A stretch of DNA of 31,637 bases from a virus (IMGVR_UViG_3300020044_002565:1-31637), one strand, 5' to 3'; shown: positions 1-8,236, counted from the first letter of the stretch. Notes: generated from the sequence alone by a model not told the origin. Numbers and translations: made by a program.

Positions 1-85
1 GATTCAGTATTGATACAGTATATATACAGTATGGATACACATACGCAAGAAGAAGAAGAAGAAGAACAAGAAGAAGAACAAGAAA
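1..85 (+). repeat. Terminal direct repeat, left copy (circular or terminally redundant genome)
   Basis: 1-85 aligns to 31553-31637. Identical over 24-85, with mismatches at 4, 5, 22 and 23. Confidence 0.95.
6..38. repeat. Three tandem 11-bp palindromic iterons AGTATnnATAC, putative replication origin inside the initiator gene
   Basis: AGTATTGATAC / AGTATATATAC / AGTATGGATAC, followed by a purine-rich GAA tract. Lambda O-type initiators carry ori within the gene. Confidence 0.65.
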
Positions 86-357
86 AAGAACAAGTTGATA
101 GTAAAACTTTGTTTTTAGATAAAATTGAACCATTTAAAAATTTATTAGGGGAATCATACCAAGAATTTATTGATTATTGGTGCGAATCGTCAAAAAGTGG
201 TAAATTACGTTATCAATCAGAAAAATTTTTTGAACCGAAGCGTCGCGTTAATACGTGGCTTCAAAACAAATTAAAGTATGGAAATACAAAAAATACTGAC
301 GCAACCGCTGCAAGTCGCAAAAGAATGCAAGACTTACAAAATTGGGTTAATAGCTAA
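10..357 (+). CDS. Replication initiator, C-terminal part (continues in frame from 31220 across the junction, about 229 aa in total)
   Basis: Poly-Glu linker followed by a FIDYW...RVNTW C-terminal domain. In frame with the ATG at 31220 through the terminal repeat. Confidence 0.8.
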   Translation: MIQYIYSMDTHTQEEEEEEQEEEQEKEQVDSKTLFLDKIEPFKNLLGESYQEFIDYWCESSKSGKLRYQSEKFFEPKRRVNTWLQNKLKYGNTKNTDATAASRKRMQDLQNWVNS

Positions 358-1021
358 CGAAGACCTGCCAATTGTTGAAGCTTTCAAAGGCGACAAATTA
401 AACTTAGTTTCGCCTGTAACATTAAGGGAAAACTTAGCTTACATTTTTACTTTGATAGGTTTGACCCGTTTGCCGGACAAAATGGAATTGGAAGTTATTG
501 AAGATTACATTCGTACAACTTACCCTTATTTCACAGTACAGGAAATGCGAATTGCTTTTAAAATGGCAGTTCAGGGACGTTTAGATTGCAATACAGACCA
601 TTACGAGAAGTTTTCGCCTAAATATATATCCCAAATTTTAAACGCCTACAAAGTGAAAGCAAACGAAATTCGCCGTAATATACCCCCACCGCCCGAACCG
701 CCTGCAAAACAATTGACAGACGAAGAAATTGTTGAATTTACAAAAAATGAATGGTTGACCGGTAAGCGCGAAGACTTCAATCGTGTTTTTAATGCTGACA
801 AAGTTTTTGGAATCCTTTTAAAACAGGGGAAATTAAAGTTTACCAAAGAACAAATTTTAGAAACGATTAAAGTTGTACGTGAAGACAATTTATACAGGCT
901 TAACCGATTAAGTCCAATTGAAGCCAAAGAGTTCATCAAAAGAATAAAAAACGAAGACTATATTGAATCACAATGTAAAAAATTAGCATTAGTTAAATAC
1001 TTTGAAAATTTATCAAATTAA
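278..1021 (+). CDS. Replication-associated protein (possible helicase loader)
   Basis: 247-aa ORF overlapping the end of the initiator. Function inferred from position only. Confidence 0.5.
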   Translation: MEIQKILTQPLQVAKECKTYKIGLIANEDLPIVEAFKGDKLNLVSPVTLRENLAYIFTLIGLTRLPDKMELEVIEDYIRTTYPYFTVQEMRIAFKMAVQGRLDCNTDHYEKFSPKYISQILNAYKVKANEIRRNIPPPPEPPAKQLTDEEIVEFTKNEWLTGKREDFNRVFNADKVFGILLKQGKLKFTKEQILETIKVVREDNLYRLNRLSPIEAKEFIKRIKNEDYIESQCKKLALVKYFENLSN

Positions 1022-1208
1022 ATACAGACATTTTGGAACTTTAAAATATTGCTATACAGACAATTTTATTGACTTTTACGCAAATTACCCTGAAGTTAAA
1101 ATAAAAGAAAACAGGTTATTATTTAAAAAAGAATTTTATGAAAAAGTGCAACAAGTGCAAACAGAACTTGGATTGGGACAAATTCAGGAAGGACAGGCGA
1201 AACGCTGA
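1002..1208 (+). CDS. Hypothetical protein
   Basis: 68-aa ORF with TTG start filling the gap between genes. Confidence 0.45.
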   Translation: MKIYQIKYRHFGTLKYCYTDNFIDFYANYPEVKIKENRLLFKKEFYEKVQQVQTELGLGQIQEGQAKR

Positions 1209-1299
1209 CGGATATTATGGTTATTGTAAAGTATGCAGTAAAGAAAAACAAGACCAATACAAAAACAAAATTAAAGAAGGAACTATAAAAGCTTTTTAA
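1138..1299 (+). CDS. Small zinc-finger protein, 53 aa (not in ORF track)
   Basis: MKKCNKCKQ...GYCKVCSK has two CxxC pairs. The stop abuts the next ATG. Confidence 0.75.
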   Translation: MKKCNKCKQNLDWDKFRKDRRNADGYYGYCKVCSKEKQDQYKNKIKEGTIKAF

Positions 1300-1614
1300 A
1301 TGGACATAACCGCAAATGAACTTACGAAATGGGCGAAAAAAAACCTTGAATATGTGGGTTACCGATTAAACAGGGTAAACAATATTCCATTTGGAAAACG
1401 TAAAGGGACAATTCAAAAAGGGTGGGCTGATTTACAAGGCTACACCGAAAATGGTATTTATGTGGCGGTTGAAGTCAAAAAGTTAGGGGATAAACTAAGC
1501 GAAGAACAAAAAGAACGATTAAAAGATATTTTTCAATGTGGGGGGATTGTTTATATTTGTACAGAAGTGGAAAACAAACCTGCTTTAATTGAATGGTCAA
1601 AAATAAAATTTTAG
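1300..1614 (+). CDS. VRR-NUC (PD-(D/E)XK) nuclease
   Basis: KGWADLQG...AVEVKK.GDKLSEEQ motif. Confidence 0.85.
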   Translation: MDITANELTKWAKKNLEYVGYRLNRVNNIPFGKRKGTIQKGWADLQGYTENGIYVAVEVKKLGDKLSEEQKERLKDIFQCGGIVYICTEVENKPALIEWSKIKF

Positions 1615-2093
1615 CTGAATTTTGGGACTTAAAAGAAGTCAACGAAGCATTTGCTAAAATGCAACCGGAAGAATTGCAGTATGACCTTAAAGCAGAAGTT
1701 TTTTTAGTTCTTTGCGAAATGGAAGAACAGAAGTTAATTGGATTATATGAAAGGAATGAATTAAAATTTTATATTGTGCGTACAATGTTAAATATGATTA
1801 AAAGTGACAGAAGTAATTTTTACAAGAATTACCGAAACCATATTGAATTTGTACCAACTGAAATAAATAAAGAAATTCAACGTTTAAATACAGAACCAAC
1901 GGATTTGATTGATAAACTTGAACAAAACTTGGAAGGGTTGCATTGGTATAATAAGGAAATATTGAAACTTTATGCAATTGACTTTAAAAAGAACGCAAAA
2001 GAATTAAGCAGAAAAACAGGGATTCCTTATATGTCAATTGTAAGAACTATAAATAAAACCAAAAAACAAATGAAACAAAATATAAGAAAATGA
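1593..2093 (+). CDS. Phage ECF-like RNA polymerase sigma factor (candidate late sigma)
   Basis: Region 2-like DLKAEVFLVL and region 4 HTH (AKELSRKTGIPYMSIVRTINKTK) in 166 aa. Confidence 0.7.
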   Translation: MVKNKILAEFWDLKEVNEAFAKMQPEELQYDLKAEVFLVLCEMEEQKLIGLYERNELKFYIVRTMLNMIKSDRSNFYKNYRNHIEFVPTEINKEIQRLNTEPTDLIDKLEQNLEGLHWYNKEILKLYAIDFKKNAKELSRKTGIPYMSIVRTINKTKKQMKQNIRK

Positions 2094-2329
2094 TTTTATC
2101 AATTTTAACCGCCGTCTGTGCATCACTATTTATTAACGATATACATAACCTTCCCTATAAATGGAAAGCGAATTTCAAGCCATTTAATTGCGGAAGTTGC
2201 TTGGCTGCGTGGCTTGCACCAATACACTATTTCGCACCTGAACTAATACAAAATATTACTTCGTGCATATTTATTGCAGGATTTGTAGCGCCAATTATTT
2301 CAAAATTAATATGGAATTTATGGAAATAA
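2090..2329 (+). CDS. Small membrane protein with CxxC
   Basis: Hydrophobic segments and KPFNCGSCLAAW. Confidence 0.65.
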   Translation: MILSILTAVCASLFINDIHNLPYKWKANFKPFNCGSCLAAWLAPIHYFAPELIQNITSCIFIAGFVAPIISKLIWNLWK

Positions 2330-2649
2330 AACAAGAACACCGCGATTTTTTAGACGCTAATATTGGCAATTATGAAAGCGCGCAAAATGGATATATTAGA
2401 AATTTGGATTTACCCGAACTTCAAATGTACGAACATATTTACCGTTTATATTTAGACCCAAACTTTTTATTGTCTGTTTGGTGTGGCGCTTGTAAGTTTG
2501 AAATGATAATGCGTTTATATAATTGGTATGTTGCACAACCTAAACCAACAGAAAATATTGAAGGGAATTATTTTTATGAAACACCTGTTGAAATAGTTTT
2601 AAACCAACAACCAAAAAAACGCGGACGTAAACCCAAAACAAATGGCTAA
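2320..2649 (+). CDS. Hypothetical protein (WCGAC motif, basic tail)
   Basis: Likely start is the ATG at 2320, overlapping the previous stop. C-terminal KKRGRKPK. Confidence 0.65.
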   Translation: MEIKQEHRDFLDANIGNYESAQNGYIRNLDLPELQMYEHIYRLYLDPNFLLSVWCGACKFEMIMRLYNWYVAQPKPTENIEGNYFYETPVEIVLNQQPKKRGRKPKTNG

Positions 2650-3124
2650 TTTTATACACCCAACCGCCATAATTGGCGACAACGTTGAATTAGGCGACAA
2701 CAATTACATTGGCGCTTATTGTATCATTGGCGACCCCGCTGAACATAAAAAATATTGGGGTCAACCAAAAGGCAAAGTTATAATTGGTAACGGTAATATG
2801 ATAACAGGTTTAGTTACTATTGACGCCGGAACTGAAGACCCGACCATTATTGAAAACAATTGTTTCATAATGAAACACGCGCACATTGGTCACGATTGCA
2901 GAATTATGAATGACGTGACGATTAGTTGCGGCGCAAAGATTGGCGGGCATTCTGTAATTGGCGAACGTTCAAACATTGGATTGAATGCAGTATTACACCA
3001 ATTCAGCATAATCAAAAAGGGTTGTATGATTGGTGCAAGCGCTTTTTTCAAAGGCGAATCAGAACAGGAAATGAAATATGCCGGCGTGCCTGCGCGCAAG
3101 CTTGGTTCAAATATAAGAAAATGA
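2642..3124 (+). CDS. Left-handed beta-helix (hexapeptide repeat) acyltransferase, LpxA/PglD-like
   Basis: IHPTAII, HIGHDC, GVPAR and hexapeptide repeats. Confidence 0.9.
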   Translation: MANFIHPTAIIGDNVELGDNNYIGAYCIIGDPAEHKKYWGQPKGKVIIGNGNMITGLVTIDAGTEDPTIIENNCFIMKHAHIGHDCRIMNDVTISCGAKIGGHSVIGERSNIGLNAVLHQFSIIKKGCMIGASAFFKGESEQEMKYAGVPARKLGSNIRK

Positions 3125-3810
3125 ATATAGCCGTAATTTTACTAAACCTAAACAGAAACCATTTAGCAAAACGCGTTGTTGACCAAAATTTTAAAAATTC
3201 AGGTTACAATGCGGATTGTTTTTTGGTTGACAATGGAAGCGACGAAGTTCCTTATGATTTATACAATTGGACGAACTGCAATGTTTCAACAAAGAAACGC
3301 GGAATTGCCGCAGGTGTAAACGCAGGTTTAAGTATGACACGCGCATACGACGGCGTTTGTATTTTAGCAAACGATATATTGCTTCCTGAAAATTGGCTTT
3401 TAAAATGGGTTAATTATTCAAACCTAATACCAAAGACGGGAATTATTGGGATTCATTGTGTTGAAAATTTGCCGCCATTAACCGACGGAGTGCATAAAGT
3501 GCATACACCATTTGGCGACAATTACCTTACAAGGGAATTAATTGATACAATTGGGGGTTACAATTTAGAATATGACCCTTATGGAATGCAAGACAGGGAT
3601 TATGCAGAACGTGCAACCATTGCAGGATTTACAAATTACTATTTACCGGATTTGCGTTCTGAACACATAGGTCACGACGTCGGTAATAATACAGAATATA
3701 CACAAATGAAAGACGAAAGCTTGCAACGTGCGCAGGCAGTTTGGGAAAAATACCAACCAATTTACCATATAGAAAAAAATATTTATGCGAATTTTAGCAA
3801 TAACAAGTAA
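3121..3810 (+). CDS. Glycosyltransferase, GT-A fold (GT2-like)
   Basis: LVDNGS, GIAAGVNAG, YGMQDRD. Start ATG at 3121 overlaps the previous stop. Confidence 0.85.
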   Translation: MNIAVILLNLNRNHLAKRVVDQNFKNSGYNADCFLVDNGSDEVPYDLYNWTNCNVSTKKRGIAAGVNAGLSMTRAYDGVCILANDILLPENWLLKWVNYSNLIPKTGIIGIHCVENLPPLTDGVHKVHTPFGDNYLTRELIDTIGGYNLEYDPYGMQDRDYAERATIAGFTNYYLPDLRSEHIGHDVGNNTEYTQMKDESLQRAQAVWEKYQPIYHIEKNIYANFSNNK

Positions 3811-4792
3811 CAAAAGCGGGGTTGGTTACCATAGAATCATTATGCCAATAGTCAATATGCAAAAAGATTATTGTTTAATGACCGATACATTAAGCGAAGA
3901 AACATTTGAAGGCAATTATGATATTGTGGTTATGAATAGAATGTTAGCCAATATAACGCCTGAACAAATGGACGCTTGGCGTATGAAATACGGTTTTAAA
4001 TTAGTTGTTGACAACGACGATTTTTGGCATTTAGACCCTTCGCATATTTTGTACGAACGTTATATTCTAAATGATATACCGCAACAGATTATAAATTGGG
4101 TACGTATTGCAGACCTTTGCACAGTAACGCACGAAAGATTAGCTGAAGAAATAAAGCCATATAATTCAAATGTTGAAATATTGCCAAATGCTATTCCATA
4201 CGGCGAAGAACAATTCAAAGATTTTAAAAAGGATTCAGACCTTATTCGTTTATTTTGGTCAGGTTCAGGTACACACGGAAAAGACTTGGAAATTTTAAGA
4301 AATCCAATGAAGCGTATAAATTTTCCCGTTCGTACAGTAATTGCCGGATATAATGAAACCGAAAAACCAATTTGGGACGGTATGATTTGCGCCTTCACTA
4401 ACGGGTTAAAATTAAACCCTACAATTTACAATTATAACGAAGTGACTTCATATATGGCAGCATATGCGGATTCAGACATTTCATTGATTCCTTTGATTGA
4501 TTCCAAGTTTAATGCAATGAAGTCTAATTTGAAGGTACTTGAAACGGCGGCAAAGAAGAACCCCGCAATTGTAAGTAACGTACACCCTTATAAGGGTTTT
4601 TATCCTGCCTGTCACGTCAACAGTCAAAAAGATTGGTATTATTGGATTAAACTATTGACCAAAGACAAAGACGCACGCAAACACTACGGAAACGCTTTGT
4701 ATGACTATTGCAATAAGAACTTTAATTTACACGAAGTAAACAAACAAAGATTCGCTATTTATAGTAAACTAATAGGAAATGCCGGTAATTAA
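3785..4792 (+). CDS. Glycosyltransferase, GT-B fold (GT4-like)
   Basis: GVGYHRIIMP, VVDNDD, WSGSGTH, KSNLKVLE. Confidence 0.85.
   Translation: MRILAITSNKSGVGYHRIIMPIVNMQKDYCLMTDTLSEETFEGNYDIVVMNRMLANITPEQMDAWRMKYGFKLVVDNDDFWHLDPSHILYERYILNDIPQQIINWVRIADLCTVTHERLAEEIKPYNSNVEILPNAIPYGEEQFKDFKKDSDLIRLFWSGSGTHGKDLEILRNPMKRINFPVRTVIAGYNETEKPIWDGMICAFTNGLKLNPTIYNYNEVTSYMAAYADSDISLIPLIDSKFNAMKSNLKVLETAAKKNPAIVSNVHPYKGFYPACHVNSQKDWYYWIKLLTKDKDARKHYGNALYDYCNKNFNLHEVNKQRFAIYSKLIGNAGN
4754..4761 (+). promoter_or_regulatory. Putative late promoter GCTATTTA
   Basis: Same motif as at 9905, 16277 and 19322, here 17 nt before ATG 4779. Confidence 0.45.
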
Positions 4793-5522
4793 ATGTTCAA
4801 ATGGAAAATATAGAATTGGGTCAGGCGCTTGCATATACGACACAGAAGAAAAAGCAACCAAAGTTTGGCAGGCAATATTAGCTTCAGGCGCTTATGCAGC
4901 CGACGAAAACAAAGTTTCAATTGACTTTGACGATACATTGGACACAGAACGCGGCAAAGCATTAGCAAAAAGACTAATTGCAGAAGGTAAAACAGTTTAC
5001 ATTGTTACAAGACGCCAACAAAGCGCAAGCGAAGAAGTTTATAAAGTTGCGGACGAATTAGGCATTCCAAAAAGCAGGGTTAAATTTACAAATGGTTCTT
5101 ATAAGTGGGAAACCATTAAACACTACGGAATTGGCACACATTATGACAACAATTCCCGTGAAATAGAATTGATTAATTCTAAAACGACCGCAAAGGGGGT
5201 AAAATTCGCGTTTCAGGATTCATACAACGATTATCCCAAAGCTGCACTATTAAACGCCGAAAAAGCGCTTAATTTGCGAAATGAATATAATTTAGACTGC
5301 GGAACGCCTGTTGGTTGGGCGCGCGCAAACCAATTAGCCAATAATGAACCTATTTCACGCGACACAATTGCAAGAATGGCGTCTTTTGAAAGGCACAGAC
5401 AAAATTCTAAGGGCGACCCGAAAAAAGATTGCGGCGCTTTAATGTGGTTGGCGTGGGGTGGCAACGAAGGGATTGAATGGGCGCAAAAGAAGCTTAAACA
5501 AATTGATGAAGAAGCACGTTAA
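4779..5522 (+). CDS. Multidomain protein with a central HAD-superfamily phosphatase-like domain
   Basis: SIDFDDTL (DxDxT), IVTRR, K and YDN motifs, plus separate Cys-containing N- and C-terminal modules. Confidence 0.65.
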   Translation: MPVIKCSNGKYRIGSGACIYDTEEKATKVWQAILASGAYAADENKVSIDFDDTLDTERGKALAKRLIAEGKTVYIVTRRQQSASEEVYKVADELGIPKSRVKFTNGSYKWETIKHYGIGTHYDNNSREIELINSKTTAKGVKFAFQDSYNDYPKAALLNAEKALNLRNEYNLDCGTPVGWARANQLANNEPISRDTIARMASFERHRQNSKGDPKKDCGALMWLAWGGNEGIEWAQKKLKQIDEEAR

Positions 5523-5763
5523 AATTTACCTTGATTACTTCGGTTACGGAATAGAAGATTTTATTGCGTGCGAAGTATGCGGAAAAAAGGCGGTTGACAT
5601 ACACCATATTGACGCGCGGGGAATGGGGGGAACGAAGAACGAAGATACAATTGACAATTTGCAGGCATTATGCCGCCAATGTCACTTGGTTATGGGCGAT
5701 ACAAAAACACATTATCAATATTTAAAGGACATTCATAACAAAGTATTAAATGGCAAAAGTTAA
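5506..5763 (+). CDS. HNH endonuclease (packaging-associated)
   Basis: CEVC...DIHHI...NLQALCRQCH, upstream of the terminases. Likely start ATG 5506. Confidence 0.9.
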   Translation: MKKHVKIYLDYFGYGIEDFIACEVCGKKAVDIHHIDARGMGGTKNEDTIDNLQALCRQCHLVMGDTKTHYQYLKDIHNKVLNGKS

Positions 5764-5872
5764 GTCAGACAGTCGCAAAGTATCATTCGGAAAAAGAAAG
5801 TGCGGACACGCAAAAAAGTCTTATAATAAACACAGTCCCAAACCAAAAGCATACAGGGGTCAGGGAAGATAA
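5750..5872 (+). CDS. Small basic peptide, 40 aa (not in ORF track)
   Basis: MAKVKSDSRKVSFGKRKCGHAKKSYNKHSPKPKAYRGQGR fills the gap between HNH and TerS. Confidence 0.65.
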   Translation: MAKVKSDSRKVSFGKRKCGHAKKSYNKHSPKPKAYRGQGR

Positions 5873-5887
5873 AACAAAGGTATTACA

Positions 5888-6268
5888 ATGGCAAAGGCAA
5901 CCAAACAACCACACGGGGGAACTTTAAACATATTGCAGAAAGGCGAAACGGCAAACCCGAACGGAAGACCGCGCAAATACGTTAGTCTGTTAAAAGAACA
6001 AGGTTACAAATTAGCCGAAATAAACGATTCAATTCAGGCACTTATGTCAATGACACCAAAAGAATTGGAAGCCGTGACAAAAAACCCTGACGCGACAGTT
6101 CTTGAAATGACAGTTGCAAAGGCAATCATAAAGTCAATGAATAACGGAAGTCTTTATTCAATGGACACTTTACTTTCACGCGTTTACGGTAAACCAAAAG
6201 AACAGGTTGACGTTCAACAGGATACAAAGATTGAAGTCGTATTTGTTGACGGCAAAACCATTTTGTAA
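5888..6268 (+). CDS. terS: Terminase small subunit (putative)
   Basis: KGETANPNGRP motif and RVYGKPK, immediately upstream of TerL. Confidence 0.7.
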   Translation: MAKATKQPHGGTLNILQKGETANPNGRPRKYVSLLKEQGYKLAEINDSIQALMSMTPKELEAVTKNPDATVLEMTVAKAIIKSMNNGSLYSMDTLLSRVYGKPKEQVDVQQDTKIEVVFVDGKTIL

Positions 6269-6291
6269 TATAAACGGCGTATCTTTACATT

Positions 6292-7443
6292 ATGCGCATT
6301 GAGTTACCAACCCCACATATTAACCAAAGACAAATATTAGAATCGGATAAACGATTTATTGTCGTTATGTGCGGACGTCGTTTCGGTAAGTCTGAATTGT
6401 CGCAAATATTAATAATTAAAGAAGCATTAAAAGGCGGTCAGGTTGCATACGTTACGCCGACATACGGATTGGCGCAAGTATTCTTTGAACGATTGGCGAA
6501 AGTGCTTCCATTTAAAAACAATATTTCAAAGCTTAAAATATATTGTCCCAACGAAGGGTCAATTGAATTTTTCACAGGGGAACGATTAGACAATTTACGC
6601 GGACGCAAATTCCATTTGGTTATTATTGACGAAGCTGCGTTTATTTCAGATTTGGAAGACGGTTGGAATAATAGCATTCGCCCAACGCTGACCGATTACG
6701 AAGGACGTGCGGTTTTCCTTTCAACCCCACGCGGGAAGAACTTTTTTTATTCCCTGTTTATGAAGCAAGGCGAAAACGATTGGCAAAGCTTCAAATTTAG
6801 CACATACGACAACCCGCATATAAACCCCCGTGAAATTGACGAAGCACGAATACAGTTGCCGGAAGTTGTATTTAATCAGGAATATTTAGCAGACCCCGCA
6901 GAAAATAGTGCCAACCCTTTTGGGAACGCATTTATCAAACGCTGCATAAAACCTATTTCAGCGCAACCGATTGTTTGTTACGGGATTGACCTTGCGAAGT
7001 CTGTTGACTTTACAGTTATCGTTGGTTTGGATAATGCCGGAAATGTAGCTTATTTTGACCGCTTCCAATTGGATTGGCATAATACCAAAGAAACAATAAA
7101 AAGGTTGCCGCCTGCGCCTATAATCGTGGATTCAACGGGTGTTGGCGACCCTATATTAGAAGACTTGCTTCGTGAAGGGGTAAATATAGAAGGTTTGAAG
7201 TTTACAAGTCAGTCAAAGCAGCAATTAATGGAAGGTTTAGCTTCAGCCATTCAACAGGGACGAATCGGATTCCCTGAAGGGGTTATTGTGGACGAATTAG
7301 ACGTGTTTGAATATCAGTTTACGGCAAATGGCGTTAGGTATTCAGCACCTTCAGGATTTCACGACGACTGCGTTATGGCATTGGCTTTGGCTTGGCAAAA
7401 CCATAATATAAAGCGCGGTTCAGGGCGTTACGCCTTTGCTTAA
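6292..7443 (+). CDS. terL: Terminase large subunit
   Basis: Walker A GRRFGKS, Walker B IIDEAA, STP motif, nuclease GIDLA...HDDCVMA. Confidence 0.97.
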   Translation: MRIELPTPHINQRQILESDKRFIVVMCGRRFGKSELSQILIIKEALKGGQVAYVTPTYGLAQVFFERLAKVLPFKNNISKLKIYCPNEGSIEFFTGERLDNLRGRKFHLVIIDEAAFISDLEDGWNNSIRPTLTDYEGRAVFLSTPRGKNFFYSLFMKQGENDWQSFKFSTYDNPHINPREIDEARIQLPEVVFNQEYLADPAENSANPFGNAFIKRCIKPISAQPIVCYGIDLAKSVDFTVIVGLDNAGNVAYFDRFQLDWHNTKETIKRLPPAPIIVDSTGVGDPILEDLLREGVNIEGLKFTSQSKQQLMEGLASAIQQGRIGFPEGVIVDELDVFEYQFTANGVRYSAPSGFHDDCVMALALAWQNHNIKRGSGRYAFA

Positions 7444-7518
7444 CAATCATAATCGGTTCAGTTATCAATCAATTATGACTCGTTTATGACCGATATTCGG
7501 TTCTTTTATGACAGATAT

Positions 7519-7548
7519 ACCGTTTATCCTTATTATTTACCGTTCATC
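7519..7548 (+). promoter_or_regulatory. LytTR-type direct repeat (ACCGTTTATC-N10-ACCGTTCATC)
   Basis: 20-bp period, repeated at 28391-28420. Resembles the AlgR site ACCGTTCGTC. Confidence 0.65.
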
Positions 7549-7576
7549 ACATTTTTCAAAAAAAGATTAAAAAAGA

Positions 7577-7609
7577 TTTGGTTGGTAATGTGTAGAAGGT
7601 GTATATTTG
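7577..7609 (+). promoter_or_regulatory. Early promoter 1, Bacteroidota primary-sigma type
   Basis: TTTG (7577-80), N21, TATATTTG (7602-09). Near-duplicate of 28429-28460. Confidence 0.85.
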
Positions 7610-7630
7610 TGTTAACAAAAGCAAATAACA

Positions 7631-7864
7631 ATGACAACTTTAACTACACAAATGACAATCGGTTTTAAATTCCAAGTAAACGGAAAAAATTTCACAAAGT
7701 TAGTATGTAACAGAAACAGATTCGTTGACATTACTTTGGTTAACGATTTATACAACGTGAAAGCTTACACTTTGAAAGGAATTAACGAAACAAAAGTTTC
7801 TGAATTAAATGGTATCTTTATTGAAGATTTACAAAAAGCAATCGTAACAACTTACAACGCATAA
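7631..7864 (+). CDS. Early hypothetical protein
   Basis: First ORF after early promoter 1, with an A-rich initiation region. Confidence 0.8.
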   Translation: MTTLTTQMTIGFKFQVNGKNFTKLVCNRNRFVDITLVNDLYNVKAYTLKGINETKVSELNGIFIEDLQKAIVTTYNA

Positions 7865-7868
7865 TTTG

Positions 7869-7896
7869 GTCGCAGGGGTGCGACTGCTAAACGCAC
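7869..7896 (+). ncRNA. Conserved cis RNA element (candidate H-type pseudoknot), copy 1
   Basis: GCAG/CTGC and GTGCG/CGCAC interleaved stems. Second copy at 28701-28722. Confidence 0.6.
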
Positions 7897-7914
7897 ATTT
7901 TAAAACCTTAACTT

Positions 7915-8067
7915 ATGGCAAACAAATTAAAAACACCACAGGAAAAACATTTGGAATTATTAGCTGAACGTCAAAAGCAATACGCAAAAGAATCATTGGG
8001 TATGGGTTGGTTCTTCGCTATTATTACGGCGGCTTTATTGTTAACCGCTTTAATTGAAAACTTATAA
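7915..8067 (+). CDS. Small membrane-anchored early protein, 50 aa (not in ORF track)
   Basis: MANKLKTPQ...GMGWFFAIITAALLLTALIENL, with a C-terminal transmembrane helix. Confidence 0.7.
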   Translation: MANKLKTPQEKHLELLAERQKQYAKESLGMGWFFAIITAALLLTALIENL

Positions 8068-8068
8068 T

Positions 8069-8236
8069 ATGCCATTTTCAACTTGCTGCGGTGCGCATAC
8101 CAATTTTCCCGAAATAGACATTTGCCCTGATTGCTTAGAACATTGTGATTGGGAAGACGAAGACGAAGAAGAATTGGAAGCTGACCAAGAAACAGAAAAC
8201 AAAATTGACCAAGCTAAAATTGATTCAAATGCCTAA
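8069..8236 (+). CDS. Small Cys-rich acidic protein
   Basis: STCCGA...CPDCLEHC followed by an acidic tail. ATG at 8069. Confidence 0.7.
   Translation: MPFSTCCGAHTNFPEIDICPDCLEHCDWEDEDEEELEADQETENKIDQAKIDSNA

Noticed and set aside
7486-7668. 60-aa ORF
   Set aside because: It runs through the operator and promoter region and overlaps the 7631 gene out of frame.
7862-7903. Pseudoknot as a stop-codon read-through signal
   Set aside because: The read-through frame stops again after 12 codons and does not join the next gene.
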